Position numbers and translations under genes: made by a program
The notes under the pieces: model-generated
The model's database searches: none
What the model was told of the DNA's origin: nothing
What the model saw: the letters and a program-made list of their open reading frames with translations, nothing else
NCBI RefSeq assembly: GCF_018350175.1
Contig: NC_058368.1
Location: forward strand, 28,150,001-28,214,000
Direction of reading: 5' to 3'
DNA length: 64,000 bases
Source of the DNA: Felis catus
Taxonomy: Eukaryota
Shown here: positions 36,764-49,560 of the stretch, piece by piece
Layout of the letters: each line of letters begins with the position of its first letter
Position numbering within the stretch: position 1 is the stretch's first letter

Positions 36764-37650
36764 CAGGATCTGAAGGAGGCTCCAGGCTCTGAGCTGTCAG
36801 CACAGAGCTCCACCCCGGGCTCAGACCCACAAGCCACGAGATCATGACCTGAGCCGAAGTCGGATGCTTAACCAACCAAGTTTCCCAGGTGCCCCATAAG
36901 GATGATTTTTGAACAAAGAAGGGAGAGAGTAGGCCACGTTGCAATCTGAGTCAAGAGTGTGCCAGGCCTGACTGCCAGCCTAAAGACCATGAGGTATAGC
37001 CTGTTCAAGGAGGTCAGTATTTCTGGAGGACAGTAGGGGAGGGAGAGAGCACCAGGAAGTGACATCAGAGCTATAACAAGGGGTTGACCAGACCATGGAA
37101 GACTGTAAGAACTTCGGTATTTATTGAGTAAAATGTGGAGCCATGAAGAATTTCGAGCAGTGGGGTGACGTGATCTAATTAATGTTTTTAAAAGACGAAG
37201 AAGCTTTTGTAATAATCCAGGTAAAATACAGAGGCCGTTTAGACCAGAGTGGTAGCAGCAGAGGGGGCAAGACGTGGTCAAATTCTGGAATTTTTGAATC
37301 ACGATTTCCTGATGGATTAACGGTTGGATATGGAGGATAAGACTTGGGGATGGCTCCAAGGTTTTTGTCCTGGAAAGCTGGAAGTTTGAGGTGGTTATCA
37401 ACTGAGATTTGGAAGGAGTAGGTTTTAGGGGAAGATCAGAAGTTCGATTTTGGACACGTTAGGTTCGAGTTGTCTGTGAGATGTGCAGACACTTGTGCAT
37501 GATGAGCCTGGAGTTCAGCGCGGCGGGGAGGGGGGTGTCTACGCTGGAGATACAATGGCAAAGGCTTTATGGCGGGATGAGATCTCGAAGGTTAGGGTGC
37601 TGACAGAGAAGAGAGTCAAGGATGGGGCACTTCAACTTTAAAAAGTAACC
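36414..37650 (-). mobile_element. L2 LINE (L2a-like) 3' part, interrupted by a SINE
   Basis: ttcaacaaatatttagtgagtacctatta... and aggggaagatcagaagttcgattttggacacgttaggtt. Confidence 0.88.
36662..36895 (-). mobile_element. Felid CAN-SINE
   Basis: Reverse-complement SINE body, with gatgattt on both flanks. Confidence 0.93.
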
Positions 37651-38420
37651 AAGAGAAGGAACCACCAAAAGAGGTGATAGATTCACCAGTGAGGCCATTT
37701 CTTGCAAAGCAGGAGGGAGAGACTGCTCAACGGGCAGGAGGGAGGCTATTTGCCAGGCCTGCCTCCACAATTTGAAATGTGTGATTTGGGGTGATGTGAT
37801 GTGATCCTTGTGTATGGCTCATGGTGGTTTCATGGAGGCTCTGGGGTTGGGGAGAGCAGCTTGGATTATGTTTTTGTGTGTGTGTGTTTTAGCATGTTTG
37901 GATTATGTGGCTGGGTGGACCCACATGCCCCAAGAGATAGAACCTCGTGACCAGGGAAGTCCTCTGGATAAGGCTGCTTGGGGCATCTCCTTCCACTTAG
38001 CAAAAGGAAACCATTTTATTTTTTCTTTTGTCAGTTGAAAGCATTTAGAGAATAATTTCCAATCGCGTGCTAATATGAAGCCTGTTAGGTATAAATGGTC
38101 TACAAAAGCCTTTTCTTCTGAATTCACTGTATCTAACTCTTTTCTTCAGAGAAGGGGGTTTTCTAAGGTGTTCTGACTATTACTGTCTTATCCTCTTTTG
38201 AGAATACTCCTCTCTCTTCATTACTTTATGTCCTTTTAGTCACTTTTCTCTTCTAAATCATGTATCACTTACTTCCTATTACTTGGCTACAGAATTGACA
38301 GTCATGTTCCATTTTATTTAAGGACTCAGCCAAACGGACTCAGTCACAGCATCAGAACGTAAAGACTCCCTTTTCATGACATGCCCCCTCCATGGGAGCA
38401 ATTTAAAATTGTTTGGTCCT

Positions 38421-38589
38421 GGGGCACCTAGGGAGCTCAGCAGGTTAAGTGGCCAACTCGTGATTTCGGCTCAGGTCACGGTCTCATGGTTCATAATATC
38501 AAGCCCTGAGTTGGGCTGCGTGCTGACAGCACAGAGCCTGCTTGGGATTCTCTCTCTCCTTCTCTCTCTGCCCCTTCTGCGCTCATGCT

Positions 38590-38631
<42 letters not shown>

Positions 38632-38675
38632 ATAAATAAATAAACTTAAGATAAATAAATACATAAATAACATAA
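38421..38675 (+). mobile_element. CAN-SINE
   Basis: Head ggggcacctagggagctcag, (CT)n and (AAAT)n tail, with ttggtcc on both flanks. Confidence 0.92.
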
Positions 38676-38799
38676 CATTACTTGGTCCCACAGACAGAGG
38701 ATATTTTTCTATAACTTGAGATAGTATCTTCCACGTTTTCCCTACCGTGGAATGGTGCGAAAGGATGTAAAGTCTCCTGTGTCTTGTCCTATGTATTTA

Positions 38800-39030
38800 A
38801 CAATCATTAACAACCATGATGTGATGGGCCAGACCTTAGAGCTTGACACATAGTAACGCATTTTACCTCTCAACAACCTCTGAAGTAGGCATCATTTTCA
38901 TCATCACTCGCATTTTAGTGATGAAGGAAATGACTAACAGAGGAATCAACGTACTTGCGAAGGACATATAGGTAGCAGAGGCGGGATTGGAGCCTACACA
39001 GCTGGACTCCAGAGCCCCTGTGCTTCCTCG
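38800..39030 (-). mobile_element. MIR SINE
   Basis: caacaacctctgaagtaggcatcatt...ctggactccagagcccctgtgctt. Confidence 0.75.
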
Positions 39031-39325
39031 CCTTCCTTTGCTATGGTCTGTGCCTCTTCAGGTAGTTGTCCACCAGGCAGGCTGCTTCCATCTTGGGGGT
39101 TTTTTTTTTTTTTTTTGGTTTTGTTTTTAGTTTTTGGTGAGATCAGGATTTCATATCTGGCAACTCTGGATTACCCTTTAAGTTCACAAAACAGCATCTG
39201 AAAAACGGGTGATCAAACACACTTTGACAATGACACGGTGGGACAGTGAAGCCGCTGACCATAAAATAAAACACCTAGGTAGAATCACTCAGTCAGCTTT
39301 CCCTGGATGAAGGTAGCAGATATTC

Positions 39326-39553
39326 TTTTTTTTTTTAAGTTTATTTATTTATTTTGAGAGAGAGTGTGCACGGGAAGGGCTGAGAGAGAGAGACAGACAG
39401 ACAGAGACAGAGGGAGGGAGACAGAATCCCAAGCAGGCTCCACACTGTCAGCCCAGAGCCCAGTGCAGGGCTGGAACTCGCAAACTGTGAGATCGTGACC
39501 TGAGCTGAATTCAAGAGTTGGATGCGTAACCGCCTGAGCCACCCAGGTGCCCC
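39326..39553 (-). mobile_element. CAN-SINE
   Basis: T-tract, then gagacagaatcccaagcaggctccacactgtcagc...gagccacccaggtgccc. Confidence 0.93.
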
Positions 39554-40002
39554 AAAAGTGACTGTTTTAATACACGAAAGAACACGTCCACATGAAGATG
39601 GAAAATGTTTAATCTATTTCTTCTCGTTCGAGTTCTTTACACGAAGGCTCGCCGCAAGACGCTGCGCTTGGACGTATTTAAAAGCAATGTTGATCAGAGG
39701 GCTCAGTCCCTGGTATTCGCCCCCACTGAGCCCTCTGTGCAGTGTGACTGCGGCAGCAAGGTTCCTGTCTCTGCAGATGTTCGGTTCTCATCCTCCAACC
39801 AGCATGATGAGCTGTCTCCACCGGGCCCGATCTCCCCGCAGGTGCACCTGTGCAGGCCAGCGTTTGAGAAGCTGGCTTGTTAGATGCAGTTGCTGCCTCG
39901 GCAGTCTGGAGTCAGCCCAACCGTCTGCATTTCTAAGTGCTCTCAGGAGATGCCCCTGCTGCCGGGCAGCCCAGCTCTGTGTGAGCAGCGAGGTGCCCAA
40001 AG

Positions 40003-40322
40003 CTGCGGTCCTCGCCCTTGGCTGTTTCATGGAAACCCTGGGAACTTTTGCAAAAGACTATTTCCTGGGTTCTGTCTTCAGAGAATCTGATTCATTTGGT
40101 CTGGAGCGTGGCCTGGCCGGCAGGGGTCTTCAAAGCTCCTCAGGTGACTCTACGTTCAGTGATGATTAAGACCCACTGCTCTGGAGCAGGGGTCCTGGAC
40201 CAACAACAGCAGCATCTCCCGGGGACAGGTGACAAATGCAAATTCTCGGGCCCCACCCGAGCTTCGGTGTGGCGACAAGACGTCATGTGATCCTCATGAT
40301 CGCTCAAGTTTGAGAACCACTG
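40003..40322. mobile_element. Two tandem MER5-type hAT MITEs (~40003-40178 and 40187-40322)
   Basis: agagaatctgattcatttggtctgg...aagctcctcaggtgactct...cccactg, then spacer ctctggag, then cagcagcatc...aaatgcaaattctcgggccccaccc...aagtttgagaaccactg. Confidence 0.75.
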
Positions 40323-41175
40323 ACTTGGAAGCTCAGACCACAGATTTTCCATTTCTCTACCTTTCCCCCTTCCTTCTTTCTCCCCCTCTTTTCTCTTTCC
40401 TCCATCTCTTTCTCTCCCCACAGCCCCCCGTTTGCAAACTGTTTGGAATAGGAAGGTTATGCCAAAGCACAGTGATAAGGAGCACAAAGCGTGAGGATGG
40501 ATAGGGAGGAATTATAGGGCCATCTCAGTAATTGACAGTTGAACACTCCGTCAGTTCAGGCATTGTGCACCCCAAGCCAGCGCAACTGGATGCAAGAAAA
40601 TGTTGTAACTCCTCTGCGTGCACATGTTCACATTTCTGATTAAAACCCATGATGTCAAACTGTGTAGATCACTGGAAAGAAACCAAGTCGGAATTGTTTT
40701 AGTAATCGCCTCTGCCAGTCAGCATGTAGTGCTTTTCGTGGGTGCCGGATCAGAACGTGCCCGAGCCCAGCCTGTCGCAGTGACACTGTCATTCAGCCAC
40801 CAGTGGGTCCCCAGGGCGACGTTCTCAACGGCTGTGGAACTAGGTGTTCCCTTACCATCGTTTTTAGCTCTTGATCTCTGAGACTATCGATCTCTGGATA
40901 CTTGAATGTCACTGCCTTTCACATCTGAAGAAGAGGCAAACATTCGTGAAGGGAAGACTGGCCAGGCTGCCTCAAGGAGGGAGAGCAGTTCCTGCTGGGG
41001 AATTTTCTGCCCAGGAGGAAGAGAAGCATAGTGCGCGGAAGCAAAGAAGGCCTAATGTGAACACAGGGTCACCAGGCAAGTCGAGGGCTCGGGGAGAGAG
41101 GCCTCATGGGCGTGGCCCAAAGGGGAGGAAGGCTATCTTTTACATGCGTTCTGGTTAAGAGCATTAATACTAGGC

Positions 41176-43162
41176 ATTTTTTAAAAACCTTAGGACAAAA
41201 TTCGTATAACGTAAAATTCGCCATCTCGAACATTTTGGTGTTCAGTAGTGTAAGTATATTCACATTTTTGTGCAACCTCCAGAACTTTTTCATCTTGCAA
41301 AACTAAAACTCTGTACCCCTTCAATAATGAGCCCCTATATCCCCTCCCCTCGCCCCTGGCAACCACCATTTTGCCTTTTTGTGATTGGCTTATTTCACTA
41401 TCCTCAGGTTTCATCCATTGTAGGGCATATGACAGAACTTCCTTCCTTGTTTAAGGCTGAATAACATTTTGCATGTGCATACCACATTTTATTTATCTAT
41501 TCATCCACCAGTGGACATTTGGGTTGTTTCTGCATTTTGGCTATTATAAATAACGCTGCCATAAACATGGGTGTACAAACATCTCTTTGAGTTCCTTCAT
41601 TCAATTCTTTTAGATCTCCACCCAGAAGGGGAATTACCAGATCATACAGTAGCTCTATTTTTAATATTTGAGGAACTGCCGTACTGTTTTCCAGAGTAGC
41701 TGTAACATTTTACATTCCCATCAATAGTGCACAAGGTTTCCAATTTCTCCACATCCTTGCCAACATTTGTTATTTTCTGGGTTTCTTTGATATTAACCAT
41801 CCTAATGAAGTTATATTTCCATTGATGTCTTGATTTGCATTTCCCTGATGATGAGTGATGTTGAACATCTTTTCATATGCTTATTGGCCGTTTGTATATC
41901 TTCTTTGGAAACATGTCTACTCAAGTCCTTTGCTCATGGTTTTAATCGGGTTGTTTGGATTTTTAGCTGTTGTTGAATTGTAAGTTTCTTTATATATTCT
42001 GGATATCAACCACTTACCCAGATATATGATTTTCAAATGTCTTCTCCCATTTTGCGGGTTGCCTTTTAACTCTGTTGATCGTGTCCTTCGATACACAGAA
42101 GTTTTAAATTTGGGTGTAATGACCCAGCAATAGCACTGCTAGGAATTTACCCAAGGGATACAGGAGTACTGATGCATAGGGGCACTTGTACCCCAATGTT
42201 TATAGCAGCACTCTCAACAATAGCCAAATTGTGGAAAGAGCCTAAATGTCCATCAACTGATGAATGGATAAAGAAATTGTGGTTTATATACACAATGGAA
42301 TACTACATGGCAATGAGAAAGAATGAAATATGGCCCTTTGTAGCAACATGGATGGAACTGGAGAGTGTGATGCTAAGTGAAATAAGCCATACAGAGAAAG
42401 ACACATACCATATGGTTTCACTCTTATGTGGATCTTGAGAAACTTAACAGAAACCCATGGGGGAGGGGAAGGAAAAAAAAAAAAAGAGGTTAGAGTGGGA
42501 GAGAGCCAAAGCATAAGAGACTCTTAAAAACTGAGAACAAACTGAGGGTTGATGGGGGGTGGGAGGGAGGGGAGGGTGGGTGATGGGTATTGAGGAGGGC
42601 ACCTTTTGGGATGAGCACTGGGTGTTGTATGGAAACCAATTTGACAATAAATTTCATATATTGAAAAAAAATTTAAAAATTAAATAAATAAATAAATAAA
42701 TTTGGGTGTCGTCTAATTCATTGACTTTTACTTTTGTTGTCCGTACTTTTGGTGTCAACCCAAGAAATCTTGCCAAGAAATGAGGCTTTTTCTGTTTTCT
42801 TCTAAGCATTTTACATTTAGGTTTTTGATTTGTTTTTAGTTCATTTTTGTATATGGTGTAAGGGAAAGGTCCAACTTCATTCTTTTGTATATGGACCCAG
42901 CTTTTCCAACACCATTTGTTGAAAAGACTGTCTTTTTCCCCTTTGAAACATCTAGGCACACTTATCGGAAACATTTTGACCATATACATGAGGGTTTATT
43001 TCTGGACTTTCTAGCTATTGCACTGGTCTCCACGTTTGTCTTTATGCCAGTACCACACTGTTCGTTTACTGCAGCTTTGTAATAAGCTTTGAATCAAGAA
43101 GTGTGAGGCCTCCAGTTTTGTTTTGTTTTGTTTTTTTTCCAAGATTATTTTGGCTTTTGGGA
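41176..43162 (-). mobile_element. Old L1 (L1MB-like) 3' region, interrupted by a young L1
   Basis: ctccagaactttttcatcttgcaaaactaaaactctgtaccc 3'UTR motif and ORF2 remnants (EKDSLFNKWCW). Confidence 0.9.
42118..42697 (+). mobile_element. Young felid L1, 5'-truncated (ORF2 C-terminus, 3'UTR, A-tail)
   Basis: ORF 42172-42438 MHRGTCTPMFIAALSTIAKLWKEPKCPSTDEWIKK is the L1 ORF2 end. AATAAA and A-tail follow. Perfect TSD aaatttgggtgt at 42106-42117 / 42698-42709. Confidence 0.97.
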
Positions 43163-45249
43163 GTAATACTAGACAAACTTTTAAGGCAATATTCAGATTA
43201 CTCCCATCTTAAAACCTTCAAATGACTTCCCCTGATGTGCAAATCCAAACGACTTACCAAGAGGGCCCACAGCCCTCACCTCTCAGCATGTTCCATCTTG
43301 TCCACAGTGCTCCAGCCACACTGGACACCTTTTGCTCCCCAGGCTCGTCTCTCTGCCCCAAGTGCGTTTCACTGACACAGCCATTCATCCTGCACTATTT
43401 GCTGAAGCCCTACTCTGTGTCGTCAGGCCCTGTTATAGGCACTGAACATACAGCACTAAACAAACACTCATGCTGACCCCTTCCCTTCTTTGCTTTTAAT
43501 TGAGAGTCCTCCCTCCCTGTCTGAATTAGCTCTCCTCCCCTCCTGTATCCCGGTCTCTATTTTTATATTCTGTCTTTACTGCTTATGTAGGCTTACCTCA
43601 ATTCTCCATCTTGTTTACCTATGTATTATGTGTCTCCTCCACCAGACTTTAAGCTCCAAAAAGTCACAGACCCAGGAGACACTTGGCAACAGTGAGGACG
43701 GCGTGGGCAGGGAGGCGGGGTACCCAATATACATTTGTTGAAATAGTAAACTGAATTGCAGTGACAGTTTTCCAAGAGGACAGTAAAGCTGAGCAGCAAA
43801 GCCTCCCTTTTAGAGGACAGAGTGTTCAGTCACGTTTTTGAGCCCTGGGCATTGCTGGAGAATGGGACATCAGCAAACCACTATTTTAGAAGCTTACTTT
43901 AAACTAGCACAAAACACAGAATAAAGTATTGCAACCATAATTTCACTGTTTAAACTGAGTATTTCTGAGGTCCCTGAACTTTTTCCCTTATCTTCTGATC
44001 TAATCCTTTCCAAAGGAAAAAGAGAGATAAGAAATGTGCCTACCTGAGAGCAAGAATCTAATGTCTTGGAAAATGAGAGACATTTCCTCTGAAGGACTAG
44101 CTTACATTTCTTCACTTACAGATACTACTGACTGATTCCAGGTCATTGACTTAAAGTAGAGAGTTGTAGATTCCACTACTCTCCTGGGGGGGGGGGGGGG
44201 AGGAAAGGCTTTAAAATGTAAGTCAATCCAGGTTTAACCAAAGGGAAGAGGGAATGACTCCCCAGGGAATCCCATTTTGATGGTCACTCAGTTAGCTGAA
44301 GCCATTGAAGTTACAACTCCCCAAATTACAGATGTGCCTGTGTCTTATTTATGTTACCCAAGTAAACTGAAATTCGTGAGACCTTTTTACCAATTTTTTT
44401 TTCCTTATTTGCTCAGAGAGATGAGTATAGCATGGACACATGTGCGAGTTTACCTCCTACTCAACCACAAGGTAAATGGATTTGTCTATATCATGAACTC
44501 AAAACACCGTAGTGTACCTTGACGCCATTAAACCTGCTAAAAATTACATCCCATATCCTTCCCAAATATACAACCCTAAGCAAAATAAGAATGTCAAACT
44601 TCGTTTTCCTGTATCAAACAAAACGTGTGAATTCTATTATTTTATCATACTTGGTTTTCATTCAGACAATTTCGATCTCCTGCGATACATTCAAGTGAAA
44701 CTGTTGGTTAGTGCACTCCCCTGGCCTATTACTCATGAAAGAATCAGATACTCTAGTGATTATCTTGTGGAGGCTCACTCATTGCTTTTGGAAACAGGCC
44801 ACAGATGAAGTAACAATAACCACACTGAGAAAAAAAAAAAAAAAGCTAAAACCAGCAATAAGTATTATGGCAACAGATCGCATCTTGATTTGGAAAAGCA
44901 GAGGTGGTATTCTGGCTTTTTTGACTTTGTATACACATATTCTCTTGACATTTGCCCCTATCTGCCACCAATAAATTTTCATCCAAGAAAGATAGTCTAA
45001 ATTTTCCCTGAGGATCTTCAGGAATGACTAACTGAGTCATGAGAAATTTTATTTCAAAAATAAATATTTCCATTATGCTTCCATAGGGGATATGTGAGGT
45101 CAGGATATGTTACGGAATTTTGCTTCACAGCATTTTACTAATTTTCACCGCAATTATTTCTCTTCAACGAACATACTAGAGTCCTTGCCAGAATGTTCCT
45201 GACAAGACTGCTTGGAGTGACTAAAAATGAAAATTAGCTGAGATGTCCA

Positions 45250-45828
45250 AAACCAGGGGATTGGTTGAATAGAACTTGATAAACATGTATCAGTGGAATA
45301 TGATGCAGCTATTAAAATGATACTGTTAAAATATTCGTTAATGTGAAAAGGTGTTCATTTTTTTAATGTCTGTTGAAGAGAACATGCTAATTAATATTTA
45401 TATTTATAGTAAGAAAAATATGCTTATAATTATGAGATTATGGATTATTATAATGTATGAAACCTTATATACTACAATGTATGAAATACATTATAACATA
45501 TGCATATGATCTCCTTAGGAACTTCTCCTGACCTCAGACTACATCATGCCCTCTTGTTAAACACTCTCCTAGCATGCTGTATTTCCCTTTCACAGCACTT
45601 ATCAGAACTATAAATGAATGTTGGATTGCTTCATAATTGTTGAGGTTATTTTCCCACCTGAATATAATGTCCTTGAGGACAGGGACATGTCCATCTCAGA
45701 CACTACTGTATCTAGTAGCATCTAGCTTTTGGTAGGCAGCTCAAAATCTATTTGTTCAATGAAAGAATAAATTAATGTACACAGAAAAAATCTGGAAATA
45801 TATATATATACATATATATATACAACTG

Positions 45829-45866
<38 letters not shown>

Positions 45867-45965
45867 GTTGACAATAGCTTTTCTCTGGACAGTGGGATTA
45901 TAGGTGATTTTTCTTTTCTTAATTTTCTAATTTTTCTACAACGATTATGTACTTTTTGAATAAAA
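45250..45965 (+). mobile_element. Old L1ME-like 3' fragments with a nested L2 (~45510-45775) and (TA)n
   Basis: aatgtccttgaggacagggacatgt...tatttgttcaatgaaagaat is an L2 end. cagtggaatatgatgcagctattaaaa and gtgggattataggtgatttt are L1ME-like. Confidence 0.6.
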
Positions 45966-45990
45966 ATGACAGAATTCTAAAGACGGAAGC

Positions 45991-46445
45991 TGTTTTACTC
46001 AGCTTCTGCTGTGATAATGCTATAATCAATTCCAAAAATATTAAAGTCTTGCAACAATAAACCTTCATTTCTCACTTAGTGTCTGTGGGTGAACTCTGGT
46101 AGCTCTGTTCCAGATTTGCGGTCAAGTTCAAGTCTGCACCACAAGTTTGTCCCTGAAAGGAGCAAGGCAGAAGGATTTGTTCCTAAGACAAGCTCTTCTC
46201 ATGGCAAGAAGCAGCAGCACAAGAGGAACCAGCAGAAACGTGCTTTTTAAAAAACCCCTGCTCAGGACTGGCACTCTGTCACTTACATCCATCTTCTATT
46301 GGCCAAAACAAGTCACATGGTCAAGCCCGAAGTCTGAAGCAAGGATGTGTATCTGCCATCTGTGAGGCATAGCTGTCACATGGCAATGGGGAATATGTAT
46401 TTCAGAGAGGAAACAAGAATTTGGGTACAATAATCCAATCTATTA
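45991..46445 (-). mobile_element. MLT1H-like MaLR LTR
   Basis: ctcaggactggcactctgtcactt...tattggccaaaacaagtcacatggtcaagccc...aataatccaatcta. Confidence 0.8.
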
Positions 46446-46733
46446 AAACACATAATAGTTTCTAATAAACAACGTCAATTCTACACTAGCAAAGTCCACG
46501 TCTAAAAGTCAAGAATCGCAAACAACGCGAAGCTCTGAAAAGAAGGGCTGAATCCCTGAACCAAAGCACAGCCTTTCAAATACACACACGCTTCCGTATA
46601 GATAATCAGCACGGCTTCGGAATGTAAAGTTAACAATGTAGCAAGGAAAAGGTACTACATCAGTGGTTGTATGTCCTGGACTGTTGCATTAATAACCCCC
46701 ACTGATTTATACCAGATTCAGATCTCCCTGAAA

Positions 46734-46950
46734 CAAGTGCTTCTGCACTGAAGGCAATTTTGCAACCCAGATTGGCGATGTCTAGAGACAGGTTCGGTTG
46801 TCATGACCTAGGGGGTGTGGAGAGGGCTGTTATTGCCAACTGCTAAGTAGGAGCCAGGGGTGTTGCCAAACAGCCTATCATGCACAGAATAGCTCCCACT
46901 CCAAAGAATTATCCAGACCCAAATATCAAAGGTGTGTTGGCAAACCCTTC
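46734..46950 (+). mobile_element. MER20 hAT-Charlie MITE
   Basis: ttggcgatgtctagagaca...ttggttgtca-like, and atgcacagaatagctccc...aaagaattatccagacccaaatatcaa. Confidence 0.85.
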
Positions 46951-46969
46951 TGAAAACATACAGCCTTGG

Positions 46970-47396
46970 TTAGTCCCCTCCCACATTTACTCGGGGCTTG
47001 GCCGTGTGATTTGCTTTAGCCAATGTGACGTGACCAGCTATGACACATGCAGAGGTGTGAAAAGTGAATGCTCACTGGGGCTTGCTATCTCTTGCTGCAT
47101 TTGGAATTTCAGCCACGATGCAACGAAGCCTAGACTTCTTGGTAACTGCTAGGGACACATGGCTCACTTGCTTCCATTGCCCCAGCTAACTGCCAGTCAC
47201 ATGAGTAAGGCCATCCAGAGCCAGTGATCCCCTAGAACATTTACCAGCTACCTGCAGTCATGTAAGTGAACCCAGGCAAAACTAATAAAAGGACTTCTCA
47301 GCTAGAGCTTTGCCCAAATTGACCAACCGCAGTACCATGAGCTAATATAGGATTGCTGTTTTAAGACACTAAGTTTGTTATGAAGCAAAGATACAT
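46970..47396 (+). mobile_element. MLT1F/G-like MaLR LTR
   Basis: gggcttggccgtgtgatttgctttagccaatg...ttgctgttttaagacactaagtttg. Confidence 0.8.
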
Positions 47397-47469
47397 TGTG
47401 CTTTGGGGGAGGCAGGCCAAGACGCTGTGACCAAAAGACTGAGACACGCAGTCTGAGTTTACAAAAGAG

Positions 47470-47810
47470 GTTTTTACATGGAAGTTCAAGACTCCAACGT
47501 GCTTTCCATCTCTGAGTCCAAGGTGACTCTTCTAACTCCTGACGCCACATCTACATCCCAACCAGCATAAAGGGAGGAAATACAATGGATGTTCACGTGC
47601 AACCTTTTTAGGCCTGGACTTGGACATACCATATATCACTTCTGCTCACATCTCGTTGCTAGAACAAAGTCACATCGCCACATCCAGCTGCAAAGCAGGC
47701 CGAGACACAGCGATTTTATTTAGCTGGGGCAAAATTCTTTATGCCCAGGAAAAATTCTAGTTGAGTAGAAGAAAAGAACAATGAATACCAGAAAACAGTT
47801 GACTGCCACA
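47470..47810 (-). mobile_element. MLT1J-like MaLR LTR fragment
   Basis: atcacttctgctcacatctcgttgctagaac...gtcacatcgccacatccagctgcaaagcaggc...tgccaca. Confidence 0.75.
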
Positions 47811-48193
47811 GTTATTTGAAACTTTAGAAAATTACTTTAACTCTATCATGTGTATATAGCAGATGGGGTAGTTAGCCGGTAGCCAGAGAAGTCCAGAAAA
47901 TTGTTTCAATGTTCCATTTCACTTTGCTAATGTAATCCTGACTTTGCCACTATAAAAAAAATCACTTGCTCTTAAATCTATAACACAATTTGTATTACTT
48001 TGTGGGGGAAAACGTTGATTTCTATCGAACTGGAAGATAACACAAGTTTTCATAATGCAAATATTTCTTCCTAATTTCCTTTATGAAATCAAAATACTTT
48101 CCTAAGGAGATATTCCCAATATGTAGAAGCCTCCAATGGAAAAGTTAGTGCCTGACCTTAGCATCTAGAAGGCTTTGGCACCATTTTCCCATT

Positions 48194-48410
48194 AAAAATT
48201 TTTTTTTAACGTTTATTTATTTTTGAGACAGAGAGAGACAGAGCATGAACGGGGGAGGGGCAGAGAGAGAGGGAGACACAGAATCGGAAACAGACTCCAG
48301 GCTCCAAGCCATCAGCCCAGAGCCCGATGCGGGGCTCGAACCCACAGACCGTGAGATCGTGACCTGAGTTGAAGTCGGACGCTTAACCGACTGAGCCACC
48401 CAGGTGCCCC
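48194..48410 (-). mobile_element. Felid CAN-SINE
   Basis: Perfect TSD accattttcccatt at 48180-48193 / 48412-48425. Confidence 0.97.
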
Positions 48411-48659
48411 TACCATTTTCCCATTTTTATCATCTCCTTTCTTAAATTTTCCCTTCTCTTTTCTAGTCCATGTTAAATTCTTACTGTCTGGGTACCAGAC
48501 CATAGGACCGTGTAGACCCTGGAAAGGGCTTAGCTTTCACTGAGTAATGTACTCAACATGACATAAAACTAGAGAGTATGTGCATGGGAATGTGTGGAAA
48601 AAGAAATCTGAAAGATTTATAAACCCAGAAACATGCATATCCTCCCTCCACGGAAGGAG

Positions 48660-49560
48660 TAGACATGGAAACCACACAGAGATACCAGTTTTCTCTTACA
48701 GAATTACATGTCTCAGAACATCTGTGTGGTGAGAATGGAGAGGGACGGTTACTGGTAGGCATTGCTGGTGGGAGTGTAAATTGTTCAACCCATAGGGAGA
48801 AAGACTTAGCAGAAACTACAGCATTTCAAAAATTCACATCACTTGAATTTACCAATTCCATTTCTAGGAATTTATCCTACAAAGATACTTATGCACGTAA
48901 AAAAAAAAAATGTATGTGTGTGTTGAGATGATTGCCTGATGCACGTTTGTCAAAGGGAAAAAAGGAACCAACCTAACTATTCATGAGCCAAAGGGGTTAT
49001 TAAATAGAACGCATCATGGGAGGGGCATCTGTGTGGCTCAGTTGGTTACGCATCCGAATTCGGCTCAGGTCATGACCTCACAGTTCATGGGCTCGAGCCG
49101 TGTCAGGCTCTGGGCTGGCAGCTCAGCTCCTGGAGCCTGCTTCGGATTCTGTGTCTCCCTCTCTCTGCCCTCCCTCCCTTGCTTGCGCACGCGCTCTTTC
49201 TCTCTCTCTCTCAAAAATAAATAAACATTAAAAATAATAATAATAAAAAGAACACATCATGGAACAGGATATAGCTGTAAATGAGGAATATATATGGTAA
49301 ATGATTATTGAAATACTGTACAAAATTTTAAAAAGCAGGGCACAAAGGCCTGGGATGTTATACAGAGTGCTGTCGTCTGTTTTTAAAGGAAAGAAATGTT
49401 TGTAAGTAATAAAGCCCTTAGCTGTAGAAAACAAGAGCTAGCCCCAGGGCTAACTTTTTGAGGGAGATGGGAACCAGGCCGATGTAGGATTGGGACAGGA
49501 AGGAGAAATTTCCCATAAGTGTACTTTTACACTTGGTGGTATTTGAACCACGTGAAGACA
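48660..49560 (+). mobile_element. Old L1 (L1ME-like) ORF2 end and 3'UTR, interrupted by a SINE
   Basis: cattgctggtgggagtgtaaattgttcaacc and caattccatttctaggaatttatcctacaaagatact. Confidence 0.8.
49022..49248 (+). mobile_element. Felid CAN-SINE
   Basis: TSD agaacgcatcatgg 49006-49019 / agaacacatcatgg 49249-49262. Confidence 0.95.

Noticed and set aside
39522..40169. 215-aa ORF and overlapping 92-aa ORF
   Set aside because: The long ORF starts inside an antisense SINE and ends in a MER5 element. Neither has a recognisable domain, and GC richness explains the lack of stops.
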